From contig JBHGNT010000014.1 of assembly GCA_043228905.1 (NCBI GenBank), positions 18,352,001 through 18,416,000 on the forward strand: a stretch of DNA of 64,000 nucleotides, given 5' to 3'. The translations under genes were made by a program, and so were the position numbers. The notes beneath the pieces are model-generated. The model had not been told where the DNA came from and did not search any database. It was given only the letters and a program-made list of their open reading frames with translations. Positions 1 to 14,682 of the stretch are shown in pieces (position 1 is the first letter of the stretch; each line of letters opens with the position of its first letter). This DNA comes from Azolla caroliniana (lineage: Eukaryota > Plantae > Polypodiophyta).

Positions 1-64
1 TGTATTCTATTTTTCAGATTTTGGTCTCTCAAGAGTGGTTAATATATCTTTCTTTTGTTACCAG

Positions 65-3000
65 CTAGCCAGGGAGCAAGTACATAAGGCTGCTAATCCT
101 CCAAGTGCAGAAGTGCCTAATGTGTCTCCATCACCAACAACTTCAGCTCTTCCTGTGACAGTCACAATCGCAGCTACCCCAGCATTATCCACCCCGTCTT
201 CTCCAACCGTTGAAAGTAGTATTGCAGCAGATGCTGGCCTGAATACAACAACTAAAATTAGTATTGTAGGAGAGGATGCCCTGACGACAACAACTATAGA
301 ACCTACTCAACCTGAGGGTGCTCCAGAGACAGCGATAGGATGTTCTCAATCTGAGGGTGGCCCGATGTCAAGAGCACAACCTGATAGTCCAGCTACATCA
401 GCTGAAAAGGAAGAAAAAAAAAAGTAACAAAATCTTTGTACCTCAATTTGCTTGTCAAGCATCATAGATTCAACTTGTCTCAGTGGATGAATGAAATTTT
501 GGGTGCAGAGAAAATGAAGAAATTGATATCAAATCTGGTAGGCAACAGACTTGTGAAAACGACGGCGGGGATTTAAAAGAGTCTCCAACCCAAGATATTG
601 AGGTAACCAAGTGCAGCAAACTATGTCTGTTTTCATTCATATGGTATTTTTCTAGCATCCAAAATAACTGTTTGAAACATAGATTTCTCTTATGTTCCAT
701 TAATATTTTGTAAATGGTATTGATGTGCTTAATTCCTTTTTGTTGTGATCCAGTATTTAAGTTGTGGACACATTCAGCAGATTGTTTTCCTATACCTCTT
801 TGCACAGGAATCTGTTCTTATTCTAGCTCTAAAATGCTGATTGAAGCTATCTATTTCAGGATTCATGTTTTCTTAGTCATTTTGGATTATAGATTTTTTT
901 TCAGTTCTCATTTCTTTATTATAGTTCTACATTTTCTCATCTCATTTTCTTGATCATATGAAGGAGGCAAAAAAAGCAATGCCATCAGCAGGACATGTTA
1001 ATGTAACACCCTTGAATGAGGATAAGCCTCTTGTTGTTGCTGAAGGAGCAACTGTTTATTCAAATAAAGTAGTAAGAACTATAAACTTTCCAAATACAAA
1101 TGTATGAAAATTTAGGCCTGGAATTAGACAGCTTATTGACAAGTCTTCTACTTGCAGGAGGCAAAAAATGCATTCAAAGAGCTCTTAGAATCTGTGCATG
1201 TTGCATCAGACTGGACTTGGGAACAGGTAGGCATTCTATATAGAAAAGATGCACTGTTGGAAAGTAATACTTTTTGCTAAAAAGTAACTTCTGCAGGCAA
1301 TGCGCGTCATAATCAATGACAAGCGTTATGGAGCTCTCAAAACTTTGGGGGAGAGGAAACAAACTTTTAATGAGGTGATGGTTACATGGGCTTGGTGATG
1401 GAAATTCTCTTCCTTTTGAAGCAGTATATTGACAGTATCTGAATTGTATTTGCAGTTTCTGGCTCACAGAAAGAAGCAAGAGGTAGAAGAGAAGCGTGCC
1501 AGACAAAAGAAAGCTAGAGAAGAATTTCTAATAATGTTACAGGTTTAAGTGTACTCCCAAACAGATGTTATCTTTTTCTTTTAACTTCAAATCTCAAGTG
1601 TCACTGACATTCTTTATATATTTCCAGGAGTCCAGATCACTGAGTTCCAAAATGAGATGGAGGTTTTCTTCTTCCCATGTTGTTTTGATTATTTTGGCTT
1701 GCATGTCTTTTTATGTATACATTGACTTTATTTTCCTGTGGTTTGGATAGCTTAGTATTTAGTGCATATCCAATGTTGTAACTAAAGGCTTTGGTGAGCA
1801 ATTAGCTTGTACTGCTAAGTTGCAACTAAAACCTATACAAATAATCAGTCCAGTGGTAGGAACAAATGTCTTGCAATTTTCATTTGTAGTGAATTTCAGA
1901 ATTTCCATGAGCTGGCTTTTCAGTAAAATTGTGTCTTATGGCTTACTTCACATTTTTTCAGCAAGGTTGCATCTATTCTGGCTGAGGATCCTAGGTTTCG
2001 TGCTGTTGAAAAGGATCGGGAGAGGGAAGAACTTTTTGAGGATTACCTTATTGAACTGGAAACTAAAGTATGCTATTTCAAGTTAGCTCTACACATAAGA
2101 AGTTTTATAAATGTTAACCTCAGCAGATAGTGTCAAAATATATATATCTGGAATGCTGAATATCAGGAAAAAGAAAGGGCAAGGGAAGACAGGAAGAAAA
2201 ACATAGTTGAGTATCGGAAATTCCTGGAGTCCTGTGACTTCATTAAGGTATATAATTTCCTATTTTTCAATGTACGTTTCTGTTAGACAGTACCCTGGTA
2301 AAGATAGAAACAAGATTCTGGCTGCCAACAATCAAGAATATGCATATTTTCTTCGTATTGAATGCCAGGCTAGCACGCAATGGAGGAAGGTAGCTGATAG
2401 GCTCGAGGAAGATGAAAGATGCACTCGTCTTGCTAAGGCGGACCGACTTGATGTTTTTCAGGTTTGTTTTGGGGAAGATTTTCTATTTTCGGTCAAGTAT
2501 GTCTCACTTACAAAATATGCTCATCGGCTTTCAATCTCAATAAACTAGGAGTACATCCGTGATTTGGAGAAAGCATTGGAGGAAGAAATTAAAAAGGAGA
2601 AGGTAATTATCTGGATGTTGACATGCTTTCATAAATTTGGTTTTGGATTATTTCATCTCTTGAAAGTGCTTCAAATCCAAAATTTAGCTTCACTTTATCC
2701 ACACAAATGGGGTCTCTAGATACTTTATGGCTGTGAGCAGACCTTTTCTGCATTTCCTGTTCTTTGAGTTTGGCTTTGATGTGTTCACAAATCTATTATC
2801 AAACTCTTCAGCTAGCCTGATTGGTCTACCTGTTATAAAATTGTTCATTTTTCCACAAGTGAACACATTTATCAATTCTTGACTTGCTTTGTTGATATAG
2901 GAACAACAAAGGAGGAGGGAGAGGACAAACAGAGATGATTTCAGGAAGTTGTTGGAGGAACATAGAATATCTGGTTTGCTTACTGTACGTGTAGCCTGGT

Positions 3001-6000
3001 GGGATTATGTGGCGATGGTAAGCATGATAATACAGAAAAATCAAATGATATATATAGTATCTTTTATAGAACAAGTTCAGGTTAGTATGGACAAATCAAA
3101 TTCTATATTTTGTATCTTGATATACAACCTCAAAATTTTAAGAGAATGTCTAAGAAGAATACCTTCCTTGCCTTGCACCATCTGCAATAACAATATAAGA
3201 TATTCTTTTCTTTTTTACTTCTTTTTTATTTTTATTTCAACTTTGCTACCCTAGTTATTTAGGGTCCTTCACACAGAAAATGACTCCTTAGGGATTAAGG
3301 CATTGGGATATAATGAATGCTGATATTCTGTTAGAACAGTTCAGTAATTTTGTCTAGAATCTTGTGAGTTTAATTTTTGAGTATTTTTGGTACATCATTC
3401 TCGACATTGAACTAAGCAATGCAGAATTAAGCTCATAGATGAGTGTGGCCTTTGTACAAAAATGATGCAGTAGTTTAGACAACAAGTTGGTAAAAGCCTA
3501 CTTACTACTTAAGAGACTCAACACAGGAAGCCAAATGAATACCATTGATGGTGGGAATTTATGTTTATAGAATGTATTTCAGTTAATTTTTATTAATGAA
3601 ATTTGATCTCATTTTATCTCCAGGTTAAAGATCACCCTGTCTACATTGCTGTGTGTTTGAATACTTCTGGGACAACTCCAAAAGAATTGTTTGAGGATGT
3701 TGCAGATGACATGATAAAACAGGTGCAGTTTTTTGCCTTCATTTAATCCCAGGTGTCTGAAACTATTCTAACATATGTTAGTTGGTGGTTCTGTTCTTAA
3801 AAGAATAACTCCTGGATGCCGAATTTTGCAGTACTCAGACGATAAAGGCAGAATAAAAGACTTTATCAAGGCTAGGAAGGTAAACGCATTCCATTTATGG
3901 ATATGCTTTGTAGTGAAATTTGAATTTGCATTTGAATTTCTAATCTTATTGTATCATGTCAATTGTTCATATCAGATCAATTTAACTTCAGAATGGACAC
4001 TTGAAGAGTTTAAAGCTGCCATTCTTAATGCAGGTGTCCTAGGAAGTATCTCCGAGCAGACCTTGAAGGTAAGTATCTTTCTTCTTATATTTCTGGAAGT
4101 TGTGGACATTAACTACCTTGTTTGGCTGAGGAGTCTTTTGTATGTGAATGTTGCAGTTTGTATTTGAAGATCTCTTGGAGAGAGTGAAGGAAAAAGAAGA
4201 GAAGGAGGTGAAAATGAAGAAAAGAGCTGCTGATGATTTCAATGAGCTTCTCCACACAGACAAGGTGAGATTTAAAATACTATACTGTAAGAATTTGATT
4301 GATGGAGATTTATCAAATCGTACTGATCTTCAGATCTTTATTTTTGTTTCATTGCTGGTTGTGTAGTCAATTACAGTATCATCTGTATGGGAAGACTGCA
4401 AGGGGTTACTTGAAAACACTCCTGCATTCAGGTTAGGATGTGACTGAATGATTCTAAAATGAAATGTTGCCTTGGATGACTCTTAACTAATTCTTTGAAT
4501 TCAGGATTGTTGGTGACGAAATCCTTTGTAAAACATTATTTGATGAATATGTTCTTCATTTGCAACAAAAAGCCAAAGAAAAGGAAAAGAAACGGGAAGA
4601 TGAAAAGGTATAGTTTCAAATTCTAAGTCTCTAAGCTGCAAATTGTGGGGAATTAAATAAAAGTATGTAATAACTTGAGAAAATGGTTGCATAAAGAGCA
4701 TGGTCAGTGTTCACGTGCATATATGCACAATATCTTTGTTGCGTTATGTCCTAGTCTGGATATGCAGCAACGAGATTATGTATATGAAATTTGTCATCAT
4801 TGTTTCATGGTTTGAAGCCTGGAGGTATGCAAATATTTATTTAACTAAGTGCGATCTATACTGGAAAATGGTTCCTATACTGGTACTTCTTGGTGGTGGT
4901 GTTCCCCCAGGCACCTGACCAAGCATATTTCATATAACGAAACCACCAGCCTCAGTAGTCTAGTTGTTCTAGTATGAGAGCGGAAAGCTTGATAATTTTC
5001 ATCATACTTCAGGCTCTGCAGCTGTGAAACTACAATTTCAAAGTGACAGGTCGCTGCTGTTTTTCATCTGTCCGTCTCCTTTCCCTTCACATTCCTTGGT
5101 TAAACCCCCTCTCATCATCTTAAGGGATAGACATTTGGATCCTATCCCTTTTCCCTGAAATATGTGCTGTGGCCCATAGCCTGGAACTCATTGATTGAGG
5201 TGTTAGTTAATTTTGTCTTGTTTTTCGTTGAATCCACACTGTTAGAAAATGCATTACATGAAATTTCATATTCATGTTCATTAATTTATTTGTGTGTGCG
5301 TGCTGTTCCTCAAAAGCAATTTAAAGAATTTTGCATTTGGTGTTGTTGAGGATTGCCTAATAATAGTGTTTTAGCTGATTCAGGAACATGTGTCTTGAGG
5401 TCTCGAATATTGAATTGCCAATAGTAATTGAAGAAAAGTCAAATCATGAAGTATTGGAGTATTTAATCATTAATGAGAGAAACGAGCTAAATCTAGCTTA
5501 AAAAGCACCCAAGTTATGCCATGAATGATGGGTTATATAACATAGCCTAAGATATAAACTGAAAATTCTTAAATGCCCATCAATCACAGTTGTTGACTCC
5601 AGAAAGAGAAGTTGAGAGAGCCTAGTTTGTTTTTTGGTTTGATATGCAATGGCTTACTTTTTAATATTACAGTATATGTGACACTGTAGAAACAAAGAAA
5701 ACATCATGGAAGTAAAATGATGTTTGGATTATTCTATCTGAAGAATCAGTATGAACTTGTTGTACTCTTTGTTGGTTGCTGAAATCATCTATCTTACAAC
5801 CTTGTGTTCACAAAAGAATATAGGCTTGACTATCCTATGTTAGAGTCAAGGGCTTTGGCCTATTCATGCTGCACATTATCTCTGTCCCTGTTAGCAGTTA
5901 TTGAGGCACTTTAGCTCATTTGATCAGCAGACTGACTATTGTATACTTCCTGCCTTTGATTCAGGAAAGGAGAGAGAAAGATAAAGATAAGGTAAAAGGA

Positions 6001-6486
6001 AAAGAGAAAGAAAGAAAGGATAAAGAACGAGAGAAAGAGAAATCTGTTAAAAAGGATAGGGAATCACAGATTGAGGCAAGCTTTGACAATGATAAATCTG
6101 AAAAGGAACAACATAAGAAGGATAGGCATGGTGAGAAAGGGAAGCATCGTGACAAGAAACACAAACGGCACCATCAGAGCAAGAGTAATCATGATATGAC
6201 CACAGCAAAAGATGAATCAAAGAAATCCCACAAACATAGTTCCGACAAAAAGAAGTCATCTCGAAAGGTGAGGTTTGCAATAGTTCTCAAGCATTTATCC
6301 ATGTTTAAATGGTAATGCTAATCAGCACTACCTATTTTTTGAACTTCTTTCATGCAGCATGGTGATGACCAAGCTTCTGATGGTGAACATAAGCATAAGA
6401 GACACCGGAGGGATCGAGATCAGGAGAATGGTAAAATTGCTGTCTTGGAAGATGGTGAGCTTGGGGCAGATGGTGACCATCTCTAG
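65..6486 (+). CDS. PRP40A: Pre-mRNA-processing protein 40 (PRP40A-like, FF-domain U1 snRNP factor); multi-exon, 5' part (WW domains) lies before the window
   Basis: Many short GT-AG-bounded exons splice to [66 protein letters not shown] (FF1), [59 protein letters not shown]-rich tail ends [13 protein letters not shown] (TAG 6484-6486). Exon boundaries were read by eye. Confidence 0.93.
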
Positions 6487-9217
6487 AACAAGTTTTGTAG
6501 CTGTTAAGTCGGGGTACTCTGCACTCATCTCTATGTACAAATGACAGACTCTTGGTCTTGAACCTCCAATTTTACACTTTTGCAAAGTGAAGTAGCAGAT
6601 TATAATTTATGTTTGGGTCCAAAAAAGACCCTTTTTTACTTCATTGGTTCATTCTGCCATGATGAAGTTTTTAAAATGCTTATTCTTTAATTTGTATGAA
6701 AGTTGTTTACTATGAAAATTGTTCATGCGTTGTAAGGTTTGAATGTTTCTTTGTTCTGTGGCTGGCAGTTAAATGCTATGAGAAGTTGGCTTTACTAAGG
6801 TAAGTATTGCATCTCTTTAAGCCAAGATATGTTTTTTGATGTTTTGAGGTCTATTTAGTGCAATAAGTATCTAGCTTGAATAATTTTGAAGTGCAGTTTC
6901 ACATAGTTTTATTGCTAAAGATAGGTTGGAATGATCCATGGATACCTTGCTTTGTCTACTTTATTCCACTTATTGTATATCTGTAAAATGGTCTGTAAAG
7001 TTGTTTTGTGCAGTTTTTTATTAGCTCGTGGTTCAAGTTTCAAGGTTTTTATCTACGATGTGAACTGCCCCATTTTTGCTAATTTCTATAGTCCAAGATT
7101 GCATGGAAATCTACACCACTTCATCCTCTGTTGATTCTCAAATGATGGCTGCTCAGTGAATTTCGAGATTAGTTTGCAGACTTGTAGCTGTGCATGCTAA
7201 TTTATGAGTATGTAATTCTAATATAGTGTACAGTGGCAAACCAGGACCAGTTTGCAGCCTATCTTCTCTCCTTCTGGTCCATCATAATAGATAGGTTTTG
7301 AATTATGCAAGCTCTTAATTTCTGGACAGCAAACAGCACATACTAGCCTAATCTTAAGGTTTCAATGTGCTCTTACCAACATACATTAACCTGGCATCCA
7401 ACTTTTAATTTGAGATAATTTATGATTAACCTTGACATCATAATAAGGGTGTCCATGAGGAAAGTGGGTTGACATCATGGAAACAGAAGTATGTTTCCTA
7501 TGAAGTTAAAGTGTTGTGAGATAGCAGCAGGACATTGCAAGGTTGCATTTCCACTATATATAAATGTTGCTGGATGGCAATGTAGCATTGCAAATGATTT
7601 TTCTTTGAACCTACAAACACTGGAATTGGATCCTTGTGTTCACTCCTATGATCCAGGTATTGTGTGGGTGGATGCTGACAATCAGGTAGATGGACAAACT
7701 CTGAAGCATAGAGACTCGTTATGACTGTTCCTTGTAAGACTGTCTATCCCACTAACATATTTTGTGGAGGGTCATGAGAAGGACGTATTCCTTTTAAACT
7801 CACAGACAGCATGTGTATCTATTGTACGTCATTTTTGGGAATGAACATAGTATACAGCTTTCTTTACATATGGAGGGCAGGCCTTCAAGAAATGGGAGTG
7901 TCATGTATACTGATGATCAAGTTGCCATAATAATAATTCTAGAAACTTCTATTTTTGGAAATTGCTCTTCTAAAATGTTCACTAGTAGAGTATTTCAAAT
8001 TATTCTTTAGACCTGCAGGGCACGTTTTTCCTCCCCTTCATGACATTCGCACATCTCTGTGATGTTCAGTTGGCCGCAGCCATGTTACTTGTTAGGATTG
8101 TCTTTGTTCTGCTGTATAGGGTTTTCAGATGGGCAGTGGTGATGTGATTTCTGTGGTAATGGAACTTTGTCTGCCAATGGATTTGGTAGCAGCCAATAAC
8201 AAGATGTCTGTTTGATGACTGGTATGTCGGGTTGACAAAAAATGCAAATGGAAATGGAAAAAACGCAGTATGAAAGGTCTTGTTTTGACATTATTAAGAC
8301 TGCATAATTTGTTGTTCTTTCTTTTCTCAGCTACAGCTAACTTCTCTTGAGCAATATTTTGGAGCTTCCTACTTGCAGTCTGTCCAGGTGATTTAAGCAG
8401 GACATTTTTTGCCTAATGATCTCATAGATTGCTTACAAAATGTTGGGACTGTTTTTTATTGTGCATTTATGTCTGTATTATGTTCATGTTATTTGATTGT
8501 ACTTATACGTACTATAAGATATTTGCTTAATCTTTCGGATGAAATGTTGTAAAAAGCACAAATTTAATCATCAGGGTTTCTACTCAGGTATATTAAAACT
8601 CCTGGTTTTCTAATGTGTCCTATTTCCCATTTCCTGAAGTGGTTTTGGTTTTAAGGCATCATAGAAGGGGGATCTCTTGGCTCTTGTTTGATTGATTTTA
8701 TTTTTCTCCTATGGTGGTCTGTTGGAAGTAAGGATGGTTAAAATGAAGGATGATGAGTTTTCTCATGCTTAAATGCTTTATTGCAACATGACATGTCTGG
8801 ACCACATCTCTTTGTGCGGTGTGTGACTGGTTTTGTTTCAACAGCTGGACATGACATTACTAAAGACTAACTGCTCTTGGATTCGTAATTAGTGTGTAAA
8901 GCGGTTGCAGCCAAATACAATCTGATGTAGTGTTGCAATCCGAATTGAAGAGTTAGAAACCCAATCTAACACAGAGGTGATACTTTCATGCAAGAATTAT
9001 TAATATGGTTGTGGGAAGGAGAGGAAATTTCTGGTGTTTGATACTGCCTTTGGCTACCAAGACAAATAAGGAATTCACTTTTGCTATGTTCTCCTCATAG
9101 ATGGTGGAAGGAATGCCAAATCTTTAATCATAGACACAATTTTCTTCTTCTTTCAGGCATTTCTGTGGGAAAATCTTCCTGAAGGTGAAGTAATGGTGTG
9201 TGTGGCACTGTCTTGGG

Positions 9218-9541
9218 TACCGAGACAAGTATGAATTTCACGTTTGCCACATTCTCCTCACAGCTAGTGGAAGGAATGCTATATTTTAAATACTAGACAT
9301 CATCCACCATACAAGGACTCACTTAGAAGAAAATAGTATGATTGGAAAATTCTTAAGCTAATAATATCTTTTTGAAATACCGAGACAAGTATGAATTTCA
9401 CGTTTGCCACATTCTCCTCACAGCTAGTGGAAGGAATGCTATATTTTAAATACTAGACATCATCCATCATACAAGGACTCACTTAGAAGAAAATAGTATG
9501 ATTGGAAAATTCTTAAGCTAATAATATCTTTTTGAAATACC
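9218..9541. repeat. Recent 160-bp tandem duplication (2 copies), with an older diverged copy at ~9053-9137
   Basis: 9218-9377 and 9378-9537 are identical except catccaccat/catccatcat. TACC microhomology is present at the junctions. Confidence 0.95.
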
Positions 9542-9844
9542 ATGATGACACAACAGCACATGAAGAAAGGTTTTTGAGGAACCAAAACGTCTGAAATTAA
9601 CAAGAGAACCAAAAGCAAAAGAAGCAGCTATCATTGTTTACAGTAGTGATATTCTGACCATCAAAATACATGAGAGCTCATTGTCATGAGTTGTATTTGC
9701 ATTTGGCTTTTGCTATTAAATTGAGACCAACTCCATGGATAGAAATAAATATCTCTAAAGAGAATGAGGTGGCTTGAGTAAGAGAACTATGTATGACTAC
9801 ACAGCATGGTGGGAGATTAATGATCACCAGGATAATTTCTTTAT

Positions 9845-10197
9845 GGATGGTAGCTCTTTATTACTGGGCCAATGTATCTGAGCTTCTCAGGATACAGAGG
9901 CCTTTAAATACATAAGCTAAGATGACATGCGTTCGTTCACCTCCATTGCCTCTTCTGATGGTAGCTCTTTATCACAGTTCATCTCACATGGACACCATCA
10001 TTGGGACCTACCTGTTTTTGAGCTTCATGGGTAGCAGGATATAGAGGCTTTTAGAGACATAAACTGAAATAACATATGCTCATCTGGACAGCCATGTAAA
10101 CTAGACACATATGCCAGGGACTATTTTTGGGGCCTACCCATTTTTGAGCTTCATGGGTTGCAGGCATAAAGGCTAGTAGAGACTAACTGAAATGACT
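9845..10197. repeat. Degenerate local repeats (~3 imperfect copies)
   Basis: The motifs gatggtagctcttta (x2) and gagcttc..gcagg.ata.aggc...aactgaaat (x3) recur. Confidence 0.55.
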
Positions 10198-13119
10198 TAA
10201 TGTTTTGCATGCAAGTCAGTTTCTTGGAAAACAATAATGAAACCACACTATTATGCTCACAAATTGAAGCACTAGATGCGTGTGTGGCCTTTTGTATGTA
10301 ACTTCGAAAGGTTAAATTATATGCTGGCCCAGATTAGCTGAATCTCTATTTTAGGGCTTTTGTCAGTCATTCCTGAAACACAGAAATTATAGATCAAAAT
10401 TTCAGAGCTCCTCTCCATTAATTACAAGTTAAGAACTCTATGTTCTATATATGCTGGCGGGCACACAATATGGGCCAAAAAGATACATGTTCTGAGGCTG
10501 AAATTATAGATGAGATAACTAAATCATTGGCTTAAGCTTAACTTTTTTCTGTCTACAAGGAGTTTGATTGGATGTGTTCCACCTCTTACTTAATCAGAAG
10601 CATTTGGAATGTCTGTAATTTGTTTCTCATGTTAGGAGTGGTGAGCCACGTTTTTGCTGCCCAGGTACCCAGTTTCAAATTTCACTATTTGCGTTTTCTA
10701 TGCTAATATTTCAGTTTGACACATAGTAGTGTCAATTCTACTCTAAGAAGGTCAATGCAAATTAGTATCTTCTCATGCTAATGCCAATGTTCCATTTAAA
10801 GGAATTTGATGTATTATGGCACAAGTTATTATCATTGTTCTTTGTAATGAACTTGGTTATGGAAGTAGAGGTTGAGAAATGAAAACAAACCACAATCTGT
10901 AAACAATAACACAATAGTGGTTTCAGGTTTGGTTAAAAGAGGAAGTGGCCTCAGTTTCAATGAATAAAGGAATGCCTATATAGGTGAGAATTGTATGAAT
11001 TAAATATGAACATGCTAGGCTAACATTGTATTTGGATTTTCTTGTGTAGCAAGCTTAGCTGCACTCTAAGAGGGACGTTGGACTTAGTGATTTTATGGAG
11101 ATAGTAAAAATGCATTCTAGGACAGCCTGACTGAGATTCATTGAACATAATGAAGAATTCAATAACAGGCTTCAAACTACCCACAGCCAAAAGGGTGTTA
11201 TGTTCCACAATGAATGACTTATGGAGTTTAAAGTATTCAGGTCTCTGAAGCTTCTTTAATAATCAACCTAACCTCGTCATGAAGAGACTTAACATACCTA
11301 CGCTTCCAATGCTACTGTTTTGCTAGAGTTGCAGTCTTCAACAACGGACGAATGCTACTCAACCAAGGCTTAGGTGTTAAGAATATAGCTATCATTATTG
11401 GTGCAATTGCTAGTGGGCAATCCTGAGCACTGCATAATCTCACGGTGTTTATTTGTGCCTAACATAATGTCTTTTGTATATGAAAAAAACTGACTGAGCC
11501 AAACTGGGTACAAACATGGGGGTAGTCTTTCAACTGTACATTCTTGGATATTGATTAACCCAGCTTTTCTGAAGGTAAGGAAAAATTTCCATGAATCAAA
11601 GTTTGAGAACTATTGAATGCATTTATAGTAACACGTTTCTAGCTAAGTCAATTTAGCTGGATCTGAATTGTAATACCATAGATGAAACCTGTTGGGCACT
11701 TTGCAAAGGCATGAATCTCTATTATTTGCAATCGTTAATGGTATCTTTAGCCTGAGAAGTACAGTTGCAGTCAAGATTGTACTGTTGTCTCTTTCTAGAA
11801 TGCACTCTTGTTAAACTGCTAATATGCACTAGTCCTTTCCAAGACCTGAATTTTGTTCTACGTTTCCTTCAATGGCCTTTCCAGAGGTAGAAAGGATAAA
11901 AAATGCCACACAAGACGTCATAAGGAAATAATGTTCACACTTCCTGTAATTACAATATTCACATTGACCTGATTTCTAAGCAATTTTTTATTTGTTTTTT
12001 TATGAACTTTCAAGAACAATTGTTGCATGCACAGCATGTTATTAATGTTATCTATGTGACTGTAATATATATTGTTGACAATGCAATGGCTATTTATGAT
12101 TATTCTTGCATTGTTAGTGCCCTTCCATATCTTCCACATTTCTTAACATCTATTTCATTCATGCAATACAAGAGATATACCTTTTGCAAATAATAAGAAT
12201 GTCATCCATATGCCCTCCATGATTCTGTCACACCTACCAACTATCATTCACTCTAAAATATTGGTTTTGCATTTATAGTGTGCTAGAAGGCCTTGTTTCT
12301 TTGATTCCTCCATAATTAGTATGCAACTACAATGTCTTTACAAGTCTAGAAAGCATTAGGTATGGGTTGGGTTGGCGTGTCCTTGCTTTGTGGGTGAATT
12401 TGGAAGCTTTACATTTGCTGCTATGATGATATATTGTTTGTGGCGCTTGCTTATCCTTGTCAAGGGAAATTAGATGACATTTAGGAGCTTCAATTGTATT
12501 TCTGTTAGGAGTTGTACTCCCACTTCCATGATTTGGAATGGGTTCATGAGAAGGGAGGTTTTCTTTTAGATGCCCATTCTTATATCTGTGTTTGGTGTTA
12601 TGCATTTGGATGCTTCTTCTTGACCCATTGTTATTGACAAGAAAATGATTAACAAAGCGTCTCTCCTTGGACAAGAGCATACTCTTTTCAAGGAGGGGGT
12701 TTCAACATGCAAATCACGTTTTAGAAGTTCGCATGTATACATGGAATGCTAGTCAAGACATTGTAGACGTTAAAACTCGTGTAAAACACCAAGCCTACAT
12801 ACCAATTACAAGTTGAAGGCAATGCTTACTTACATGCGAGGATCATGTTTGAATAAGGACTGATTTCTTTAACAACCAAGAGAAAGTGAGTGCAATGGAT
12901 CAATATATGTATGAATTACAAGAATCATAAGGCGGGGAATGTGTATACATATAATGAGTGTCCGCCCAACTGTGAACAACAAAGAAGAAGCTCAGGGGCA
13001 TCTGTAGGAATAAGGAAAACCGGGGGGCATTTCTGTGAGATATTTTGAAGCCTTTCCTTTGATACCGACTATGAAAGCTTTCTTCCATAGGAAAGCAAAA
13101 TTTGAGCAAAACAGGGTTT

Positions 13120-14682
13120 ATGCGAGGTAGTCGAGCCCCACCCTGCTCTTCTCTCGCGAGTTCTGGTTTTCTGAAACGGGCAGAGCTATGGCGAAGCACA
13201 GCTCCCTTCACAACGGAACTTGGGTTATCCTCAAACTCCAAGAAAGAGGCTTCGCCTGCTGGGTATGGCAACTTATATCAATTGCTGGAAGAACCCCATC
13301 GCCTTGTTAAGACAAGCTCCCTTCTGAAACGTTTAGGGAAAGACAAGAACTTCTTGTACGGTAGACTTGTTCACCATCATATTATTGAATGTGGACGTGG
13401 ATGGCAAATCTTGCTTGGGAACTGCCTCATGCAAATGTATGGTAAATGTGGCCTTATAGAGGAATCACAACGTATTTTCAATATGATCCCTAATCCTGAT
13501 AGCTATTCTTGGAACATACTGATAAATGTGTATGGTTATAATAAGGGCATTGGTGATGCAAACTATGTGTTTAGATGTATGCCTTTCCCAAATGTGGTAT
13601 CTTGGAATGTTATGATCACATTGCTATCTTCGAATGGTCATGGCAAGGAGGCTTTAAATCTCTTCCGTGACATGCAAGTTCAAGGAATCATGCTGAATGA
13701 TGTCACTTGCATTGCTGCCATGGAAGCATGCATGATGTTGATTTCTCTTAAAGAAGGGAAGAAGATCCATGCTATTATTATAGGTAATGGTGGTTATAAA
13801 GATAATATCCTCGTAGGTACTTCATTGATCAATATGTATGGCCAATGTGGGTGTTTGCATTGTGCAAAGAGTGTTTTTGATGCGATGTCTTATCGGGATG
13901 TGGTCACATGGACTGCGATGATTGGATGTCTATCTCAAAATGGCTGTAACATACAGGCACTCGAACATTTTCAAAAGATGGAGTCTGAATGTGTCCCACC
14001 TAATGATATCACCTTTATATGTGCTATGGAGGCTTGTGCAAACTTGGCTTCCCTTGAAGAAGGTCAAGACATTCATATTAAAATCACATGCACTGCCTGT
14101 GAAGATGAGATCAAGATAAGTAATGCTTTGATCGACATGTATGGCAAGTGCGGCAGTTTGATATCAGCACTTTATGTGTTTACAACAATTCAACAGCGAA
14201 GCGTTGTATCTTGGAATGCTATGATTGTTGCATTTGGTCAGCATGGGCTAGGTAAAGAAGCATTGTCTTTGTTTTGGAATATGCAAAGCGAACAAATAAA
14301 GCCAGATAGTATCACTTTCATTGCTATGATGAATGCATGTAGTCACAATGGCCTGATTGAAGATGGGCTATGGTTCTTTCTCAGTATGGATAAGGATCAT
14401 GGCATTGTGCAAATCATCGATCATTATGTCTGTGTTATTGATCTTCTTGGTAGAGTTGGACGATTGGATGAAGCTGAAAAGGTGGTAATGAGTATTCCTT
14501 GCGAAAAAACTGTAGTAGCTTGGTTATGCTTGCTAGCATGTTGTAGAATTCATGGAGATGTGGAGAGAGGTTCTTGTGCTGCAAATCACTGCTTCACTCT
14601 TGATCCAGGACATGGGGCACCATACATTGTGCTGTCTAATCTGTATTTTACTGAGTCGGTTCTTTCAGATCCAAAAGAATAA
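13120..14682 (+). CDS. Intronless PLS-class pentatricopeptide-repeat protein with E domain and no DYW (organellar RNA-editing factor type)
   Basis: Repeated MYGKCG..A..VF..M..RDVVSWNAMI motifs, PDSITFIAMMNACSHNGL, DHYVCVIDLLGRVGRLDEAE, and the E motif AWLCLLACCRIHGDVERG...PYIVLSNLY. The ORF is open from TTG 13102 and the first ATG is at 13120. The S/R-rich N-terminus resembles a transit peptide. Confidence 0.93.
   Translation: MRGSRAPPCSSLASSGFLKRAELWRSTAPFTTELGLSSNSKKEASPAGYGNLYQLLEEPHRLVKTSSLLKRLGKDKNFLYGRLVHHHIIECGRGWQILLGNCLMQMYGKCGLIEESQRIFNMIPNPDSYSWNILINVYGYNKGIGDANYVFRCMPFPNVVSWNVMITLLSSNGHGKEALNLFRDMQVQGIMLNDVTCIAAMEACMMLISLKEGKKIHAIIIGNGGYKDNILVGTSLINMYGQCGCLHCAKSVFDAMSYRDVVTWTAMIGCLSQNGCNIQALEHFQKMESECVPPNDITFICAMEACANLASLEEGQDIHIKITCTACEDEIKISNALIDMYGKCGSLISALYVFTTIQQRSVVSWNAMIVAFGQHGLGKEALSLFWNMQSEQIKPDSITFIAMMNACSHNGLIEDGLWFFLSMDKDHGIVQIIDHYVCVIDLLGRVGRLDEAEKVVMSIPCEKTVVAWLCLLACCRIHGDVERGSCAANHCFTLDPGHGAPYIVLSNLYFTESVLSDPKE

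Noticed and set aside
7590-11450. Exon-like AG..GT segments suggesting a second spliced gene or pseudogene
   Set aside because: The pieces contain stops and I could not assemble or recognise a protein. A homology search is needed.
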